This document shows positions 20,658 through 30,263 of a stretch of 64,000 nucleotides of DNA, in pieces. Position 1 is the first letter of the stretch. Each line of letters opens with the position of its first letter. Origin of the DNA: an uncultured Candidatus Binatia bacterium (lineage in GTDB: Bacteria; Desulfobacterota; Binatia; Bin18; CBDCRK01); assembly GCA_965220955.1 (NCBI GenBank), contig CBDCRK010000039.1:4694-68693 (forward strand), given 5' to 3'. Under the pieces are notes generated by a model, which had not been told where the DNA came from, searched no databases, and saw only the letters and a list, made by a program, of their open reading frames with translations. The position numbers and the translations under genes were made by a program.

Positions 20658-21281
20658 ATGAGTATTGACTTCCGTCTCTACCTTGTTACCGATCGTAAGC
20701 AAAGCGGCGGGCGTCCACTTGTTGAGGCTGTGAAGGCCGCCCTGGAGGGTGGAGTACGAGCGGTTCAGCTGCGGGAAAAAGATCTTGGGGGGCGAGACCT
20801 GTACTTTTTGGCCCGTGATCTACGGAATCTTACCGCCCGCTATGGTGCTTGCTTGTTGATCAATGACCGTATTGATGTTGCTTTAGCGGTAGAAGCTGAC
20901 GGAGTGCATTTGGGGCAGGCTTCTTTGCCTGTAACCGAAGCTCGCAAACTTCTGGGGCCAGAGAAACTCATTGGCGTTTCCACGCACTCGCTGGACGAGA
21001 TCGCTGGTGCCGCAGGGGCGGACTTTTTGGTTTTTGGTCCGGTGTACTTTACCCCTTCCAAAGCAGCCTATGGCGAGCCCCAAGGTCTTAATCGCCTCAG
21101 GGAAGCCGTGGCCCAAAGCTTGCTGCCTGTCTTTGCCATTGGAGGAATTACTACGGAGAAATTGGCTGAGGTGTGTACCGCTGGAGCCTATGGTGTTGCC
21201 ATGATCTCCGCTATTATCTCTGCTCCTGACCCTCAGGAAGCGGCCCAAAGACTCCTGGCCGCCCTGCCTACCGGGCAGTGA
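20658..21281 (+). CDS. thiE: Thiamine phosphate synthase
   Basis: LYLVTD, VQLREK, INDRID, GVHLGQ, GVSTH, TPSK, AIGGI. Confidence 0.95.
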   Translation: MSIDFRLYLVTDRKQSGGRPLVEAVKAALEGGVRAVQLREKDLGGRDLYFLARDLRNLTARYGACLLINDRIDVALAVEADGVHLGQASLPVTEARKLLGPEKLIGVSTHSLDEIAGAAGADFLVFGPVYFTPSKAAYGEPQGLNRLREAVAQSLLPVFAIGGITTEKLAEVCTAGAYGVAMISAIISAPDPQEAAQRLLAALPTGQ

Positions 21282-21325
21282 GTTGACTTTCTCAGCGCTC
21301 TTGTCTATTTCTCAACAAATCTTAC

Positions 21326-21398
<73 letters not shown>

Positions 21399-21402
21399 CT
21401 TC

Positions 21403-21429
21403 AAAAGCCCTGATAGACCAGGGCTTTTT
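21403..21429. terminator. Intrinsic terminator (bidirectional-looking) after tRNA-Thr
   Basis: AAAAGCCCTG-atagac-CAGGGCTTTTT. Confidence 0.8.
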
Positions 21430-21596
21430 GCTTATCAACGTACACTAACCCCATTCCCTCTCTATATGAGTCAGCAATCGCACATAAAATAAAGCCCTCT
21501 ATCCTCCCCTAGCTCAAGACTTGCAGCCTTCCGTTTCTCTTGACCTCTCTGGGATATAGGGAGTAATCCTGCCTCGTAATCGGTTGGGGTTTGCGT

Positions 21597-21935
21597 CTAC
21601 TTAACAGACAATCCGCTTTTCGCCGATGTCAAGAAGCCAGCGGAAAGGGCATCGGCAGCTCGGGGAAATTTTCCGTAGCGGTCCTCGCCACGGACGAGGA
21701 TGGTCGGGTACTTATTGCCCAGTGAACTGATCTCGACCTGTTTGACGTGGGGGGCGACGTAGCGCAGCGTCAGCCCGTAGCGGCGGCGGTTGGAGGTATT
21801 TGGGTTGCTGGAGTGGAAGAGCTGGCCGTGGTGGATCGAGATCTGTCCGGCTTTGAGCTCGAGGTCGAAGGCCTGGCTGGCGTCGACGAGCTCGTCGGGG
21901 ATCTCCTGGTTGATGCTGAGGCGGTGCTGATTCAT
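21597..21935 (-). pseudogene. C-terminal fragment of a phytanoyl-CoA dioxygenase (PhyH) family gene
   Basis: LKAGQISIHHGQLFHSSNPNTSNRRRYGLTLRY; N-terminal half with the HxD motif missing. Confidence 0.75.
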
Positions 21936-22097
21936 GACTCCGGGAACCTCTGTGGAGCCCTTTTTCCCAGGACAGATCGCGTAGCAACGCTGGTATTAGC
22001 ATTCCTCAGCCTTGCGGCCGTAGTGACAGTCCTAGGTTGGGAGCGGCGCTCCTCGGCTTTGTGAATCGGCTCACGGTTGTACTTTTCTATATGTGTG

Positions 22098-22128
22098 GTT
22101 ATACTGAAGGTAATAAAAGAGGTATAAC
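22098..22128. promoter_or_regulatory. Inverted repeat, likely TA autoregulatory operator
   Basis: GTTATAC-N17-GTATAAC immediately before the antitoxin ATG. Confidence 0.5.
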
Positions 22129-22131
22129 TCA

Positions 22132-22386
22132 ATGACGAATGTCAAGACCGCAATTTCGCTGCAAAAGTCGCTCTTTGAGCAGGCGGAAGCCTTAGCCAGC
22201 GAGATGAAAATCTCACGCAGTCGCTTGTTTGCGCTTGCCCTGCAAGACTTTATCTCTCGCTCTCAGAACCAAGAACTGCTTGAGCAAATCAACACTGCAT
22301 ACGAGGACATTCCAGATCCAGGAGAACTTGTTCTTCAACGCCGCATGCGCCATCAGCATCGACGGATTGTCCAAGACGAATGGTGA
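22132..22386 (+). CDS. Ribbon-helix-helix antitoxin (ChpI/MazE-like)
   Basis: VKTAISL...ISRSRLFALAL; overlaps the downstream PemK toxin. Confidence 0.8.
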   Translation: MTNVKTAISLQKSLFEQAEALASEMKISRSRLFALALQDFISRSQNQELLEQINTAYEDIPDPGELVLQRRMRHQHRRIVQDEW

Positions 22387-22736
22387 TCAACCAAGGCGAC
22401 ATCTTCTGGATTGACCTGGATGAACCTTTGGGCTCTGAACCCGCGTACCGCCACCCTCATGTAGTTATCCAGAATAACGTCTTTAACCGCAGCCGGATCA
22501 AGACGGTCATAGTGTGTGCTCTGACGTCAAATCTTATACGCGCTAGGGTGCCGGGAAATGTGCTCCTCAATCCAGGGGAAGCCAACCTCCCCAAGCAAAG
22601 TGTGGTTAATGTCTCTCAGATTTTTACGGTGGACAAAACCCAGCTGAGCGAAAAGATCGGTACACTTTCGGCTAGGCGAGTGCAGGCAATTCTCAGGGGC
22701 ATAAGACTACTTACCGCACCACGCGATCCCGAATAA
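22380..22736 (+). CDS. mazF: PemK/MazF family endoribonuclease toxin
   Basis: QGDIFW, GSEP, HPHVVIQNN, ALTSN, SVVNVSQIFTVDK. Confidence 0.92.
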   Translation: MVINQGDIFWIDLDEPLGSEPAYRHPHVVIQNNVFNRSRIKTVIVCALTSNLIRARVPGNVLLNPGEANLPKQSVVNVSQIFTVDKTQLSEKIGTLSARRVQAILRGIRLLTAPRDPE

Positions 22737-22806
22737 ATTGATCTGGTAGGGATGAAGCAACGATATCCGGTATGCGCCGTTGGAACTTGTGGAGCTCGAG
22801 TCGCAC

Positions 22807-23220
22807 CTAGCTCGGTGAGGCTCCATCGAGCTGTCCGTGGAGCGGCCCTTGGTGCCAACACACGAGCTGCCATTTGCCGCCTTCTCGTACCCAGGTCTGC
22901 GAAAAACCCATAAACCGCTGCCGGAAACCGGCATCTTTGGGCTTGCCGCGAAAGATGGCGTAACCTGAGACTACGCCGGCATCACCCCAGCCCTGGAAAC
23001 GCAGCTCGCGCGGAACCCACTCGAAGAATTCCCAGAGGCCCCGACTGTGAAACTCAATGTGGTTGACGAAGTCAGCTTTGCTGAGTCGGAATGGGATGTC
23101 CTCATCGTAGATCACCACTTCGTCATGGATCCAACTATAGAACGCGTCGAGATCACCCTTGTTGAGCCCGTCTTTCCATGCGCTGAAAGCAGCCTGCAGT
23201 TCTTGGGTTGGTGATGCCAT
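22807..23220 (-). CDS. NTF2-like (SnoaL/DUF4440) protein
   Basis: 137 aa, GDLDA, C-terminal TWVREGGKWQLVCWH; AAGGAGG RBS. Confidence 0.8.
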   Translation of the reverse strand: MASPTQELQAAFSAWKDGLNKGDLDAFYSWIHDEVVIYDEDIPFRLSKADFVNHIEFHSRGLWEFFEWVPRELRFQGWGDAGVVSGYAIFRGKPKDAGFRQRFMGFSQTWVREGGKWQLVCWHQGPLHGQLDGASPS

Positions 23221-23236
23221 CTTGACCTCCTTGTGC

Positions 23237-23430
23237 TTAAAAATTCAATGCAGAGTTCCTGACGTCCAACCTAAGCACGGGGAGTGACGAATGCCATTCT
23301 GAGTGTGGTTGCGGATAGGTGTGCACTGATGGTCCAGGTGTTCTGCAATTCGCTTGTGGACTGCCGGCAGTGTCCCCAGAGATTGCCGGCCACGCGTGGT
23401 GTTCGGCGTGATAGTTCATGTTCCACCCCG
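23237..23430 (-). pseudogene. Fatty-acid desaturase C-terminal fragment
   Basis: WNMNYHAEHHAWPAI is the third histidine box; rest of gene absent or degraded. Confidence 0.65.
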
Positions 23431-23555
23431 GTGCCACTTTACAGCCGACCCCTATCAAAGTAAAGGCAAGCTGAAAGAGGTGCCATTTTCTCTTGACAGC
23501 ACTACCGCCCTAGGCCTACTGTTTACTGGAAGAGAACAAATAAAGGAGGGTCGTA

Positions 23556-24317
23556 ATGGCAGAATTACTGAAAGGAAAAGTTGCTTTAGTGACGGGTGCT
23601 GGCTCAGGGATTGGTAGAGCTTCTGCCCGCATCTTTGCCAGAGAAGGAGCAAAGGTTGTTGTTGCCGACATTGTTGCAGAAGGTGGTGAAGAGACTGTGG
23701 GTATGATCAAGAGAGCTGGCGGTGAGGCTATCTTTGTCAGAGCCGATGTGTCCAAAGCAGCCGAGGTAGAAGCAATGGTTAACCAAGCGGTTGAAGCCTA
23801 TGGTAGACTAGACTGCGGCTTTAACAACGCTGGCACTGAAGGAGCTATAGCTCAGACAGCTGACTATACCGAGGAGAACTGGGAGCGTGTCATTGCTATC
23901 AATCTCAAAGGGGTGTGGCTCTGCATGAAGCATGAGATTGCCCATATGCTCAAACAGGGGGGTGGAGCTATTGTCAATACCGCCTCGGCGTTGGGACTTG
24001 TGGGCATTGAGAATCAACCAGCCTATGTAGCCAGCAAGCATGGAGTGGTAGGTCTAACCAAGACAGCGGCTCTAGAGTATGCCAAGATGGGTATCCGGGT
24101 CAACGCGATGTGTCCCGGGGCTATCAGTACTCCGATGCTTGACCGGGCTTTGGGTCCCCAGCCCCAATTGGCTGAGGCCGTCACCAATATGGAACCGGTA
24201 GGACGGCTAGGCAAACCTGAGGAGATTGCTGAAGCTGTGGTGTGGTTATGTTCAGATGCAGCGTCTTTTGTCACTGGACATGCTATGTCCGTGGATGGCG
24301 GTTGGGTGGCACAGTAA
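23556..24317 (+). CDS. Classical SDR oxidoreductase
   Basis: TGAGSGIG, NNAG, YVASK, VDGG. Confidence 0.93.
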   Translation: MAELLKGKVALVTGAGSGIGRASARIFAREGAKVVVADIVAEGGEETVGMIKRAGGEAIFVRADVSKAAEVEAMVNQAVEAYGRLDCGFNNAGTEGAIAQTADYTEENWERVIAINLKGVWLCMKHEIAHMLKQGGGAIVNTASALGLVGIENQPAYVASKHGVVGLTKTAALEYAKMGIRVNAMCPGAISTPMLDRALGPQPQLAEAVTNMEPVGRLGKPEEIAEAVVWLCSDAASFVTGHAMSVDGGWVAQ

Positions 24318-24472
24318 AGGCAAAAGAATGTAGGGACAGTGCACTAAGCGCTTCAGCAAGAAATATACGAAGGTGCTCACAAGGCAGAAAAAGACTGCGC
24401 CCTTGCTGGGGCCGGAATCAGTCTCTAATGCCACAATCCCTCTATAGGTCAAGAGAGAAGGGGCAGCCTATA

Positions 24473-24610
24473 CTAGTGGTGGGCTTCTGGTGCCCTGGCG
24501 TGGGATTCTCTTTCCCGCTGACGATCTTCCCTTCTCATAATAAGGCCAAGGAGGACAAAAAAGGCAAAGAAGGAGACGCTGATAGCAATAACGGCAATAG
24601 TGACGCTCAC
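24473..24610 (-). CDS. Small single-pass membrane protein (45 aa), not in the ORF track
   Basis: GAAAGGGGG RBS then GTG; MSVTIAVIAISVSFFAFFVLLGLIMRREDRQRERESHARAPEAHH*. Confidence 0.55.
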   Translation of the reverse strand: MSVTIAVIAISVSFFAFFVLLGLIMRREDRQRERESHARAPEAHH

Positions 24611-25084
24611 AAAAACCCCCTTTCTGTGGTACCGCGGAGAGTCATGGCTGTCCTTGAAATGATCTATCGCTTAAGTAGGGAATGTGCAAGGGTGCAGCTT
24701 CCCCCCGTAATCTCTGTCTTACGGTTGAAGTGGATCCTGAAGGAGCCGTAGTCTGGTCATAGGACTGGACCTCTAAAGGCTGCTGACAGCTTTTTTAGCA
24801 TACCGCCAGAAAGGCTTGCGCTAGCTCCTGGCTAGAAATGCGGTTGAGTGAAGGATTGATCTTGAGCAAAATCCTCCCCAGCTTTTCTGGGCAGCGGACA
24901 GATAGATATTGCGCTGCTGCAAGCGTACCCGGAATTGATCGAGGTCAGTGCCGGAAACATACAGTTTGACAACATGGTTGGGTGGCGGTTATCGAGAGGG
25001 AAGGGAAGTGTTTGGAACCAGAGAACCGCGACATGAGCCAGAGGAAATAGAGGGAAACAACCCCTCGCTAGGGTCACCCGCAGT

Positions 25085-25522
25085 ATGAACTCCCGAGAGC
25101 CAAAAGGCCTGCCCCAACCATCTGACGCCGAGGCTGGTGTCTGGCAGGGTCAATCCATTGCCCGCCGCTTTATCTCGCCTGAGGGGTGGGTCATCCTGGT
25201 TGGGCGAACGGCAACGGAGAATGATGCGCTGACGTTCAAGCTTGCCTCGCCTAAAGACTTCTGGCTGCATGTGGCCAGTGAATCCGGTTCTCATGTTGTG
25301 GTCCGCAATCCAGCCGGGCTGGATCGCCTGCCGCGGGAAACCCTGCGTTTTGCCGCCTCGCTTGCAGCTGGCTACTCCAAAGCCCGTCATGCTGGTCAGG
25401 TAAGTGTCCATGTGACCCGTGTTGCCAATGTCCGCAAACCACGTGGTTTCCCGGCAGGAAAAGTTAACCTCACCCATTTCGAATCCGTTCGCGTTGCCCC
25501 GTTCCAGCAAGAGACGGATTGA
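25085..25522 (+). CDS. Stand-alone NFACT-R (DUF814) RNA-binding domain protein
   Basis: ILVGRTATENDALT, DFWLHV...GSHVVV, AAGYSK, KPRGFPAGKV. Confidence 0.85.
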   Translation: MNSREPKGLPQPSDAEAGVWQGQSIARRFISPEGWVILVGRTATENDALTFKLASPKDFWLHVASESGSHVVVRNPAGLDRLPRETLRFAASLAAGYSKARHAGQVSVHVTRVANVRKPRGFPAGKVNLTHFESVRVAPFQQETD

Positions 25523-25616
25523 CAGATTGGGGAAAAAGTTGCCATGTTCCCTTTTTCCTGGAACCCCTAGGGCTGGGGAACCGACATAATAGAATTTGCC
25601 GGATAATGAGAACTGC

Positions 25617-26438
25617 CTACCGCCCCTTATACCCAGGATTCGTTGGCTTTTCGAGCCAATCCCGGCGTTTTTCGTAGGGCAGGTTAATATAGGTCTTCAT
25701 AGCCAGCAGCCCGTCGTCCGACAGCATTGTCTCCAGAAACGCCGAGCTCTCAATATCAAGGCCTGCGGAGAGATGGGTATCACTTCCAGCATACACGGCA
25801 TGCTTGGCGCGGGCCACGGCCAGTGGCGGAAAACTGGCAATCTCGTTGGCAATTTCCTGTGCCCGGGCAAGGGCATTGTCGGCCAGCTCGTGGACAAGCC
25901 CCAGAGCCAGCGCCTCCTCAGGAGGCACAACGCGGGAGCGCAAGACAAACTCGATCGCCCGGCCGGCGCCAATAAGACGGGACAGTCGCTGGGTGCCGCT
26001 GCCGCCGGGCAGAATGCCCAACTTCACCTCGGGCAACCCGAAGCGGTAATCGCCGCGCTGTCCAATACGAAGGTCACACGACAGACTGAGCTCGAAGCCT
26101 CCACCCATGGTGTCGCCGTTCATAGCCACAATCACGGGCTTGGGCAGATCACGCAGGCGCAGCAGCATGCCATGGTAGCCAGCAGTGAGCGACGTTCCTA
26201 AGGCACGCATGCCTTCACGGTTACTGGCCAGTTCAACTAGCTCTTCCACCGAATAGTGGGTAATGAATTTGCCCTCTATAGCCCCGGTCAGCACTACAGC
26301 GCGTATGGCTGGATCACGCCACGCTTGGATCAGGGCATTAAATTCTTGGGTTCCCTCGGCGCAGAAGTAATTCATCGGCGGGTTATTATAGGTTGCAACC
26401 ACAACCCCACCTTCAACCTGGGTTGTCCAAAGACTCAT
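25617..26438 (-). CDS. Enoyl-CoA hydratase/isomerase family protein
   Basis: PKPVIVAMNG, GGGFEL, CDLR, PEVKLGILPG. Confidence 0.9.
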   Translation of the reverse strand: MSLWTTQVEGGVVVATYNNPPMNYFCAEGTQEFNALIQAWRDPAIRAVVLTGAIEGKFITHYSVEELVELASNREGMRALGTSLTAGYHGMLLRLRDLPKPVIVAMNGDTMGGGFELSLSCDLRIGQRGDYRFGLPEVKLGILPGGSGTQRLSRLIGAGRAIEFVLRSRVVPPEEALALGLVHELADNALARAQEIANEIASFPPLAVARAKHAVYAGSDTHLSAGLDIESSAFLETMLSDDGLLAMKTYINLPYEKRRDWLEKPTNPGYKGR

Positions 26439-26553
26439 GGTTCAGCCTCCTTTCTGGTTGTTGTTATGGGCTCCGGATGTGTCCGCCATTTCTTCGTACT
26501 TATTTCAGTCGCCCTACACCTCCCTGCTTGTCCCAGAACGTCCACGAATCAAC

Positions 26554-27321
26554 TCAGAGGTAGTCCCGCTGAAACTCGCTTGAAAGTGGACACATGGTAT
26601 CGACATCCCAGTCAAAGGTGAGGACCACAGAGCGATCCGAACGGTAAGCAAGCAGTCGTCTACCATCTTTAATGACAAGACTTTCCGCCTGCATAAAATC
26701 CAGCGTTTCCTCTTTGCCCGTGCGGTTACACACAATAAGCGGAAGACCCGTCTCCCTGGTCCGTTGTTCCCACTCGCCCTCAGGACCGTGGAGGCCAGGC
26801 CCCCACGCAGCTGAGGAGACGAGGATTTGCGTCCCTTGCCGCTTCAGCGTCTCGGTGACCTGCCTTGTATAGGCATCCGCGCAAATCAGCAGACCGACCT
26901 TGAGGGTCTGCCATTGGATTGGCAAGATCGTCTCGCCGGGAGTGGCCCAGAGGTCAGGGCGCGTGTTGATCTTCCGATGTTTCCCCAGGAGCTCCCCAGT
27001 GGAGTTGATGAGAAAAACGGAATTGTAGAGCTTATCAGTCTGTCTATCTCGCTCAGGACCGCCAACAAAGACCGTAATCTGTAACCTATTTACCAGCTGA
27101 CAGAACTCCCTCATCCAGCTATCGGGTTGAGGCGCAATCCAGTCGGTGCCGACCAGCCGGGAAAACTGATAGCCCGAGACCGCCAGCTCTGGTGATACCG
27201 CCCAGTCTGCTCCTTTTTCAGCCGCTCGCTTGATCGCCTGTGCAAGCAACCGGCGGTTGTACAAAAGATTCCCTGGCACGGGAGCAATGTGTAGGAGGGA
27301 TATTCTTAAGGGGGCGGTCAT
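26554..27321 (-). CDS. Carbon-nitrogen hydrolase (nitrilase/amidase) family protein
   Basis: Glu-Lys-Cys triad in SPEL, HRK and LICAD. Confidence 0.85.
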   Translation of the reverse strand: MTAPLRISLLHIAPVPGNLLYNRRLLAQAIKRAAEKGADWAVSPELAVSGYQFSRLVGTDWIAPQPDSWMREFCQLVNRLQITVFVGGPERDRQTDKLYNSVFLINSTGELLGKHRKINTRPDLWATPGETILPIQWQTLKVGLLICADAYTRQVTETLKRQGTQILVSSAAWGPGLHGPEGEWEQRTRETGLPLIVCNRTGKEETLDFMQAESLVIKDGRRLLAYRSDRSVVLTFDWDVDTMCPLSSEFQRDYL

Positions 27322-27412
27322 AAATGAGGGCAACTTGGTTTTCAGTACTATGCTGATTTTTCCTTCAAATAGAGCGCTGAGGGGTGAAAAGAATCGGAGA
27401 AGAGGCTAGCCC

Positions 27413-27560
27413 TTACCTTCTGTTCACCACTTTGAGGAGATCATCAAACTCCCCCCCGTCTAGCCAAATGCCACGACATTTTGGGCAGGTGTCTATGACC
27501 ACTGACCGGTCGATGGCACTGTATATTCGCAGCAGAGTCGTTGCGTCGCGCGGGCACTGG
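27413..27560 (-). pseudogene. zf-TFIIB zinc-ribbon fragment
   Basis: CPRD...IDTCPKCRGIWLDGGE; 5' side abuts an argS-like fragment and has no start of its own. Confidence 0.6.
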
Positions 27561-27640
27561 CTGCGGCCAGCGCTTGGGTCGTCTTTTCTTCGAGCAGCTG
27601 TTGAATCGTTGACATAGCGATTGGGATAACGGTGCGTTTG
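27556..27640 (-). repeat. argS-like 5' fragment, copy 1 (leader plus ~20 codons)
   Basis: ATG at 27615: MSTIQQLLEEKTTQALAAAS; direct repeat with 29590-29675. Confidence 0.6.
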
Positions 27641-27666
27641 CGCCCCATTTATAGTCCGAGCTTGTA

Positions 27667-28266
27667 TCAAATGGTCCTCAAGCGGTCCAGAAGCTCTTTG
27701 GCGTGAGGACATGCGGCTTCGACGCGAGTTGGATCGACTTGCGCCAGCAAGTCGAAGGAGACCCTGCCCTTGGCATAGGGTTTCGAGCATTTAGCGGTAG
27801 CTCTCTGGAGTGCGTCGAGCACCGTCTTCTTGGGCACATCCTCCAACTGAGGCCATTGCCTGAGCGCGTTTTCTGCAAACTGTGCGCCGAAGTATCTTCG
27901 CAATGCATCGCGGTCGGCCAGGAACCAAGTCTCCATGATCTGAACCATCAGAAAGGCCTGACCGTCGCCGGCACCTCCGGGCTGATTCCAATGGTCGCGT
28001 TCTTGCAGGTGCTGCCAGACCGAGCGGCCCGCCTTAACCGAGGCCTCGCTGTCCACGAGGAGGAGGGGAACGATGTCCGGACGAGGGTCTGCGACGGCCG
28101 TGGCAAAGAGGTCGAAAGTTTTGTCGCGCCCGCCGCCCCGCACAACCCTCGGCATCTGGCTGCCGAGTTCAGCAGACTTGAAAAATTCGCTCCAACCTTC
28201 ACGAAAACGTGCGCCGAGATCCCTCGAGTCGCCGCCGCCCTCAATGTAAAGCTTGGCGGTTACCAT
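27667..28266 (-). CDS. DUF4276 family protein (TOPRIM/RloB-like putative nuclease)
   Basis: LYIEGGG, LLVDSE, MVQIMETWFLAD; start overlaps the ATPase stop. Confidence 0.8.
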   Translation of the reverse strand: MVTAKLYIEGGGDSRDLGARFREGWSEFFKSAELGSQMPRVVRGGGRDKTFDLFATAVADPRPDIVPLLLVDSEASVKAGRSVWQHLQERDHWNQPGGAGDGQAFLMVQIMETWFLADRDALRRYFGAQFAENALRQWPQLEDVPKKTVLDALQRATAKCSKPYAKGRVSFDLLAQVDPTRVEAACPHAKELLDRLRTI

Positions 28267-29504
28267 CGGTTTCCGCCCAATTCGCCCGAAGTCCAAAGAG
28301 CCCCAAGACGGTATTTTTCCAACCACTTCGCAAGATCGTCCTTGTCGAGACGGCGCATCTCGGTCTGTCCATTGTGCTTTTCACAGACTACGATGCTCTC
28401 CGGTGTTTCGGTCAGCGCATCGACAAGCACATCCGAATGGGTCGTCACGATCAGTTGACTACGTTCGGACGCTGCGAGCAGTAAATCTCTCAACGTGGGT
28501 AGCAGATCCGGGTGCAGGCCGAGTTCCGGCTCCTCGATCGCAACCAAAGGCGGCGGCTCGGGGTGCATCAGAATGGCCAGTAGGCACAGGTAGCGTAGTG
28601 TGCCGTCCGATAGGCGAGTGGCCGGAATCGCGCGGTTGTTGTCTTCTTCCAGGAATAGTGCCACTGTACCACCCGCCACGGAGTAGGTGACATCGACGAT
28701 GCCATCAAAGAGCTTCTGCAATGCCTTGACGAGTTGCCGCTTTTTCTCTCCCGAGAAGTGCGACAGCACAAGCGCCAAGTTTTGCCCTCCTTCGTCCAGG
28801 AAGTCGGCGCGGTCGTGCGCGCTCTGGTTTTGGCGCAACTCTGCCGAAGGACCAAACGCCCAGTTCCGGTAAAGGCGAATACGTCCGTACTGTTCCTTCA
28901 GATGCCAAAGCGCCGGGTAATCCGGATTGGCAGCGTACGAGAGCAACGACTGCTCGGGTTGCATCTCACTGGCGAAGTCGATAGCGCCCGGGCGAGAACG
29001 GGCGAAGAGGCGCGGTGTCGACCATTCGCCGGCGCCCCTCTTCCTCTTGGAATCCAATCGCGCCGCCTCTGCGTTGGCGTTCGAGATTTCTAACGCGGCC
29101 TGCTCATCCTGAGGGGGGCGGTAATAGGACAGGGCGGCGCGCTCGTCGGCGTGCGTCTCCGAGGGCTCAACCTGCTCGTCAGTCACCTCGGGGCGACCGT
29201 TCTGGTCGGCCAGCCTTAACGAATGCCGCAGCACGCCGCCCAGCGGATAGTCGACCATGGCCTCCATGCTGATCGAATGCGGCGCGCCTGATCCCTTCCA
29301 CAGCCACTCACGAACACCGCCCATGCGTGAGATCGGTTCTGAGATACCGCGTGGCGCGGCCTTGAGCAATGCAATCGTCTCCAGAAAGTTCGACTTTCCC
29401 GATCCGTTCGGGCCGATGAGGACGTTCAGTGGTTCCAGGGGCAAGTCGATCCCGCTTGGTCCGAAGGAAAGGAACCCCGAGACCTTCAGTCTATGGATTA
29501 GCAT
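28260..29504 (-). CDS. ABC-type (AAA_21-like) ATPase
   Basis: GPNGSGKS, LSDGT signature, IEEPELGLHP, TTHS, C-terminal LGALWTSGELGG. Confidence 0.9.
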   Translation of the reverse strand: MLIHRLKVSGFLSFGPSGIDLPLEPLNVLIGPNGSGKSNFLETIALLKAAPRGISEPISRMGGVREWLWKGSGAPHSISMEAMVDYPLGGVLRHSLRLADQNGRPEVTDEQVEPSETHADERAALSYYRPPQDEQAALEISNANAEAARLDSKRKRGAGEWSTPRLFARSRPGAIDFASEMQPEQSLLSYAANPDYPALWHLKEQYGRIRLYRNWAFGPSAELRQNQSAHDRADFLDEGGQNLALVLSHFSGEKKRQLVKALQKLFDGIVDVTYSVAGGTVALFLEEDNNRAIPATRLSDGTLRYLCLLAILMHPEPPPLVAIEEPELGLHPDLLPTLRDLLLAASERSQLIVTTHSDVLVDALTETPESIVVCEKHNGQTEMRRLDKDDLAKWLEKYRLGALWTSGELGGNRW

Positions 29505-29544
29505 GCCATCTCCTCGTCTAGCACTTCATCCGCCGGGCGCGTCC

Positions 29545-29675
29545 GTCGGATTGGCCGCCGGGTTGACCAGGGCAGGGGCCGAGGTCCCGCTAGCCGCGGC
29601 CAGCGCTTGGGCCGTTTTTTCTTCGAGCAGCTGTTGAATAGTTGACATAACAATTGAGATAGCAGTAGCGTCGGG
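29545..29675 (-). repeat. argS-like 5' fragment, copy 2 (leader plus ~34 codons)
   Basis: MSTIQQLLEEKTAQALAAASGTSAPALVNPAANP resembles the ArgRS N-terminus and breaks off just before the expected FGDYQ motif. Confidence 0.6.
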
Positions 29676-30009
29676 CCAACAACATATATAGCAAATACCG
29701 TTCTGTATTCGCAAGAGTTACAGCACGCGGCGATTTGCGTCGGTCCCGGCTTTGTGTCATTTTTTTGCTGGGAATGTGGAATTAGACAAGAACGCAGGAC
29801 AAGATCCCGGTGCGAGCCGGGTTAGCGCACAGCCGGCGCAGTGGCGCGAATGGCTCAGCCGCTCTGCGTTCGGTGCGCGGGGTGGGCAATGTTACCTACC
29901 GCTGATTATTGACGATGTGCTGGACCACGATGTCGTGCGGCGCGGACAGCGGACCGTGCACTGCCTCTTTGGCCACATTCCGGCCACGGCCGCCGCGGGC
30001 AAGCTGTGT

Positions 30010-30237
30010 ACACAGGTGGCCGGCTCCGGCGAGGTTATGCGTTTTAAACCGGACGGCACTGTTGATCGGCGGATCAACATCCCGGCAAAAACAATCACCA
30101 GTGTGGCCTTCGGCGGTCCTGATATATGTGACCTGTACATTGTTACCGCCAACAACGATCAGCGAGATCTGAAGGGCACGGTTTTCCGTTCCCGTTCAGA
30201 GATTCCCGGTTTGCCGGTGCCCAAGGCAAAGTTCTGA
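30010..30237 (+). pseudogene. SMP-30/gluconolactonase C-terminal fragment
   Basis: VMRFKPDG...ITSVAFGGPD..DLYIVTA; upstream part of the ORF is unrelated sequence. Confidence 0.75.
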
Positions 30238-30263
30238 GGCCGATTGTGCCAAAGGGAGGTATG

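Noticed and set aside
29752-30009. N-terminal half of ORF 29752-30237 as a real domain
   Set aside because: No recognisable motifs; appears to be unrelated pieces joined to an SMP-30 tail
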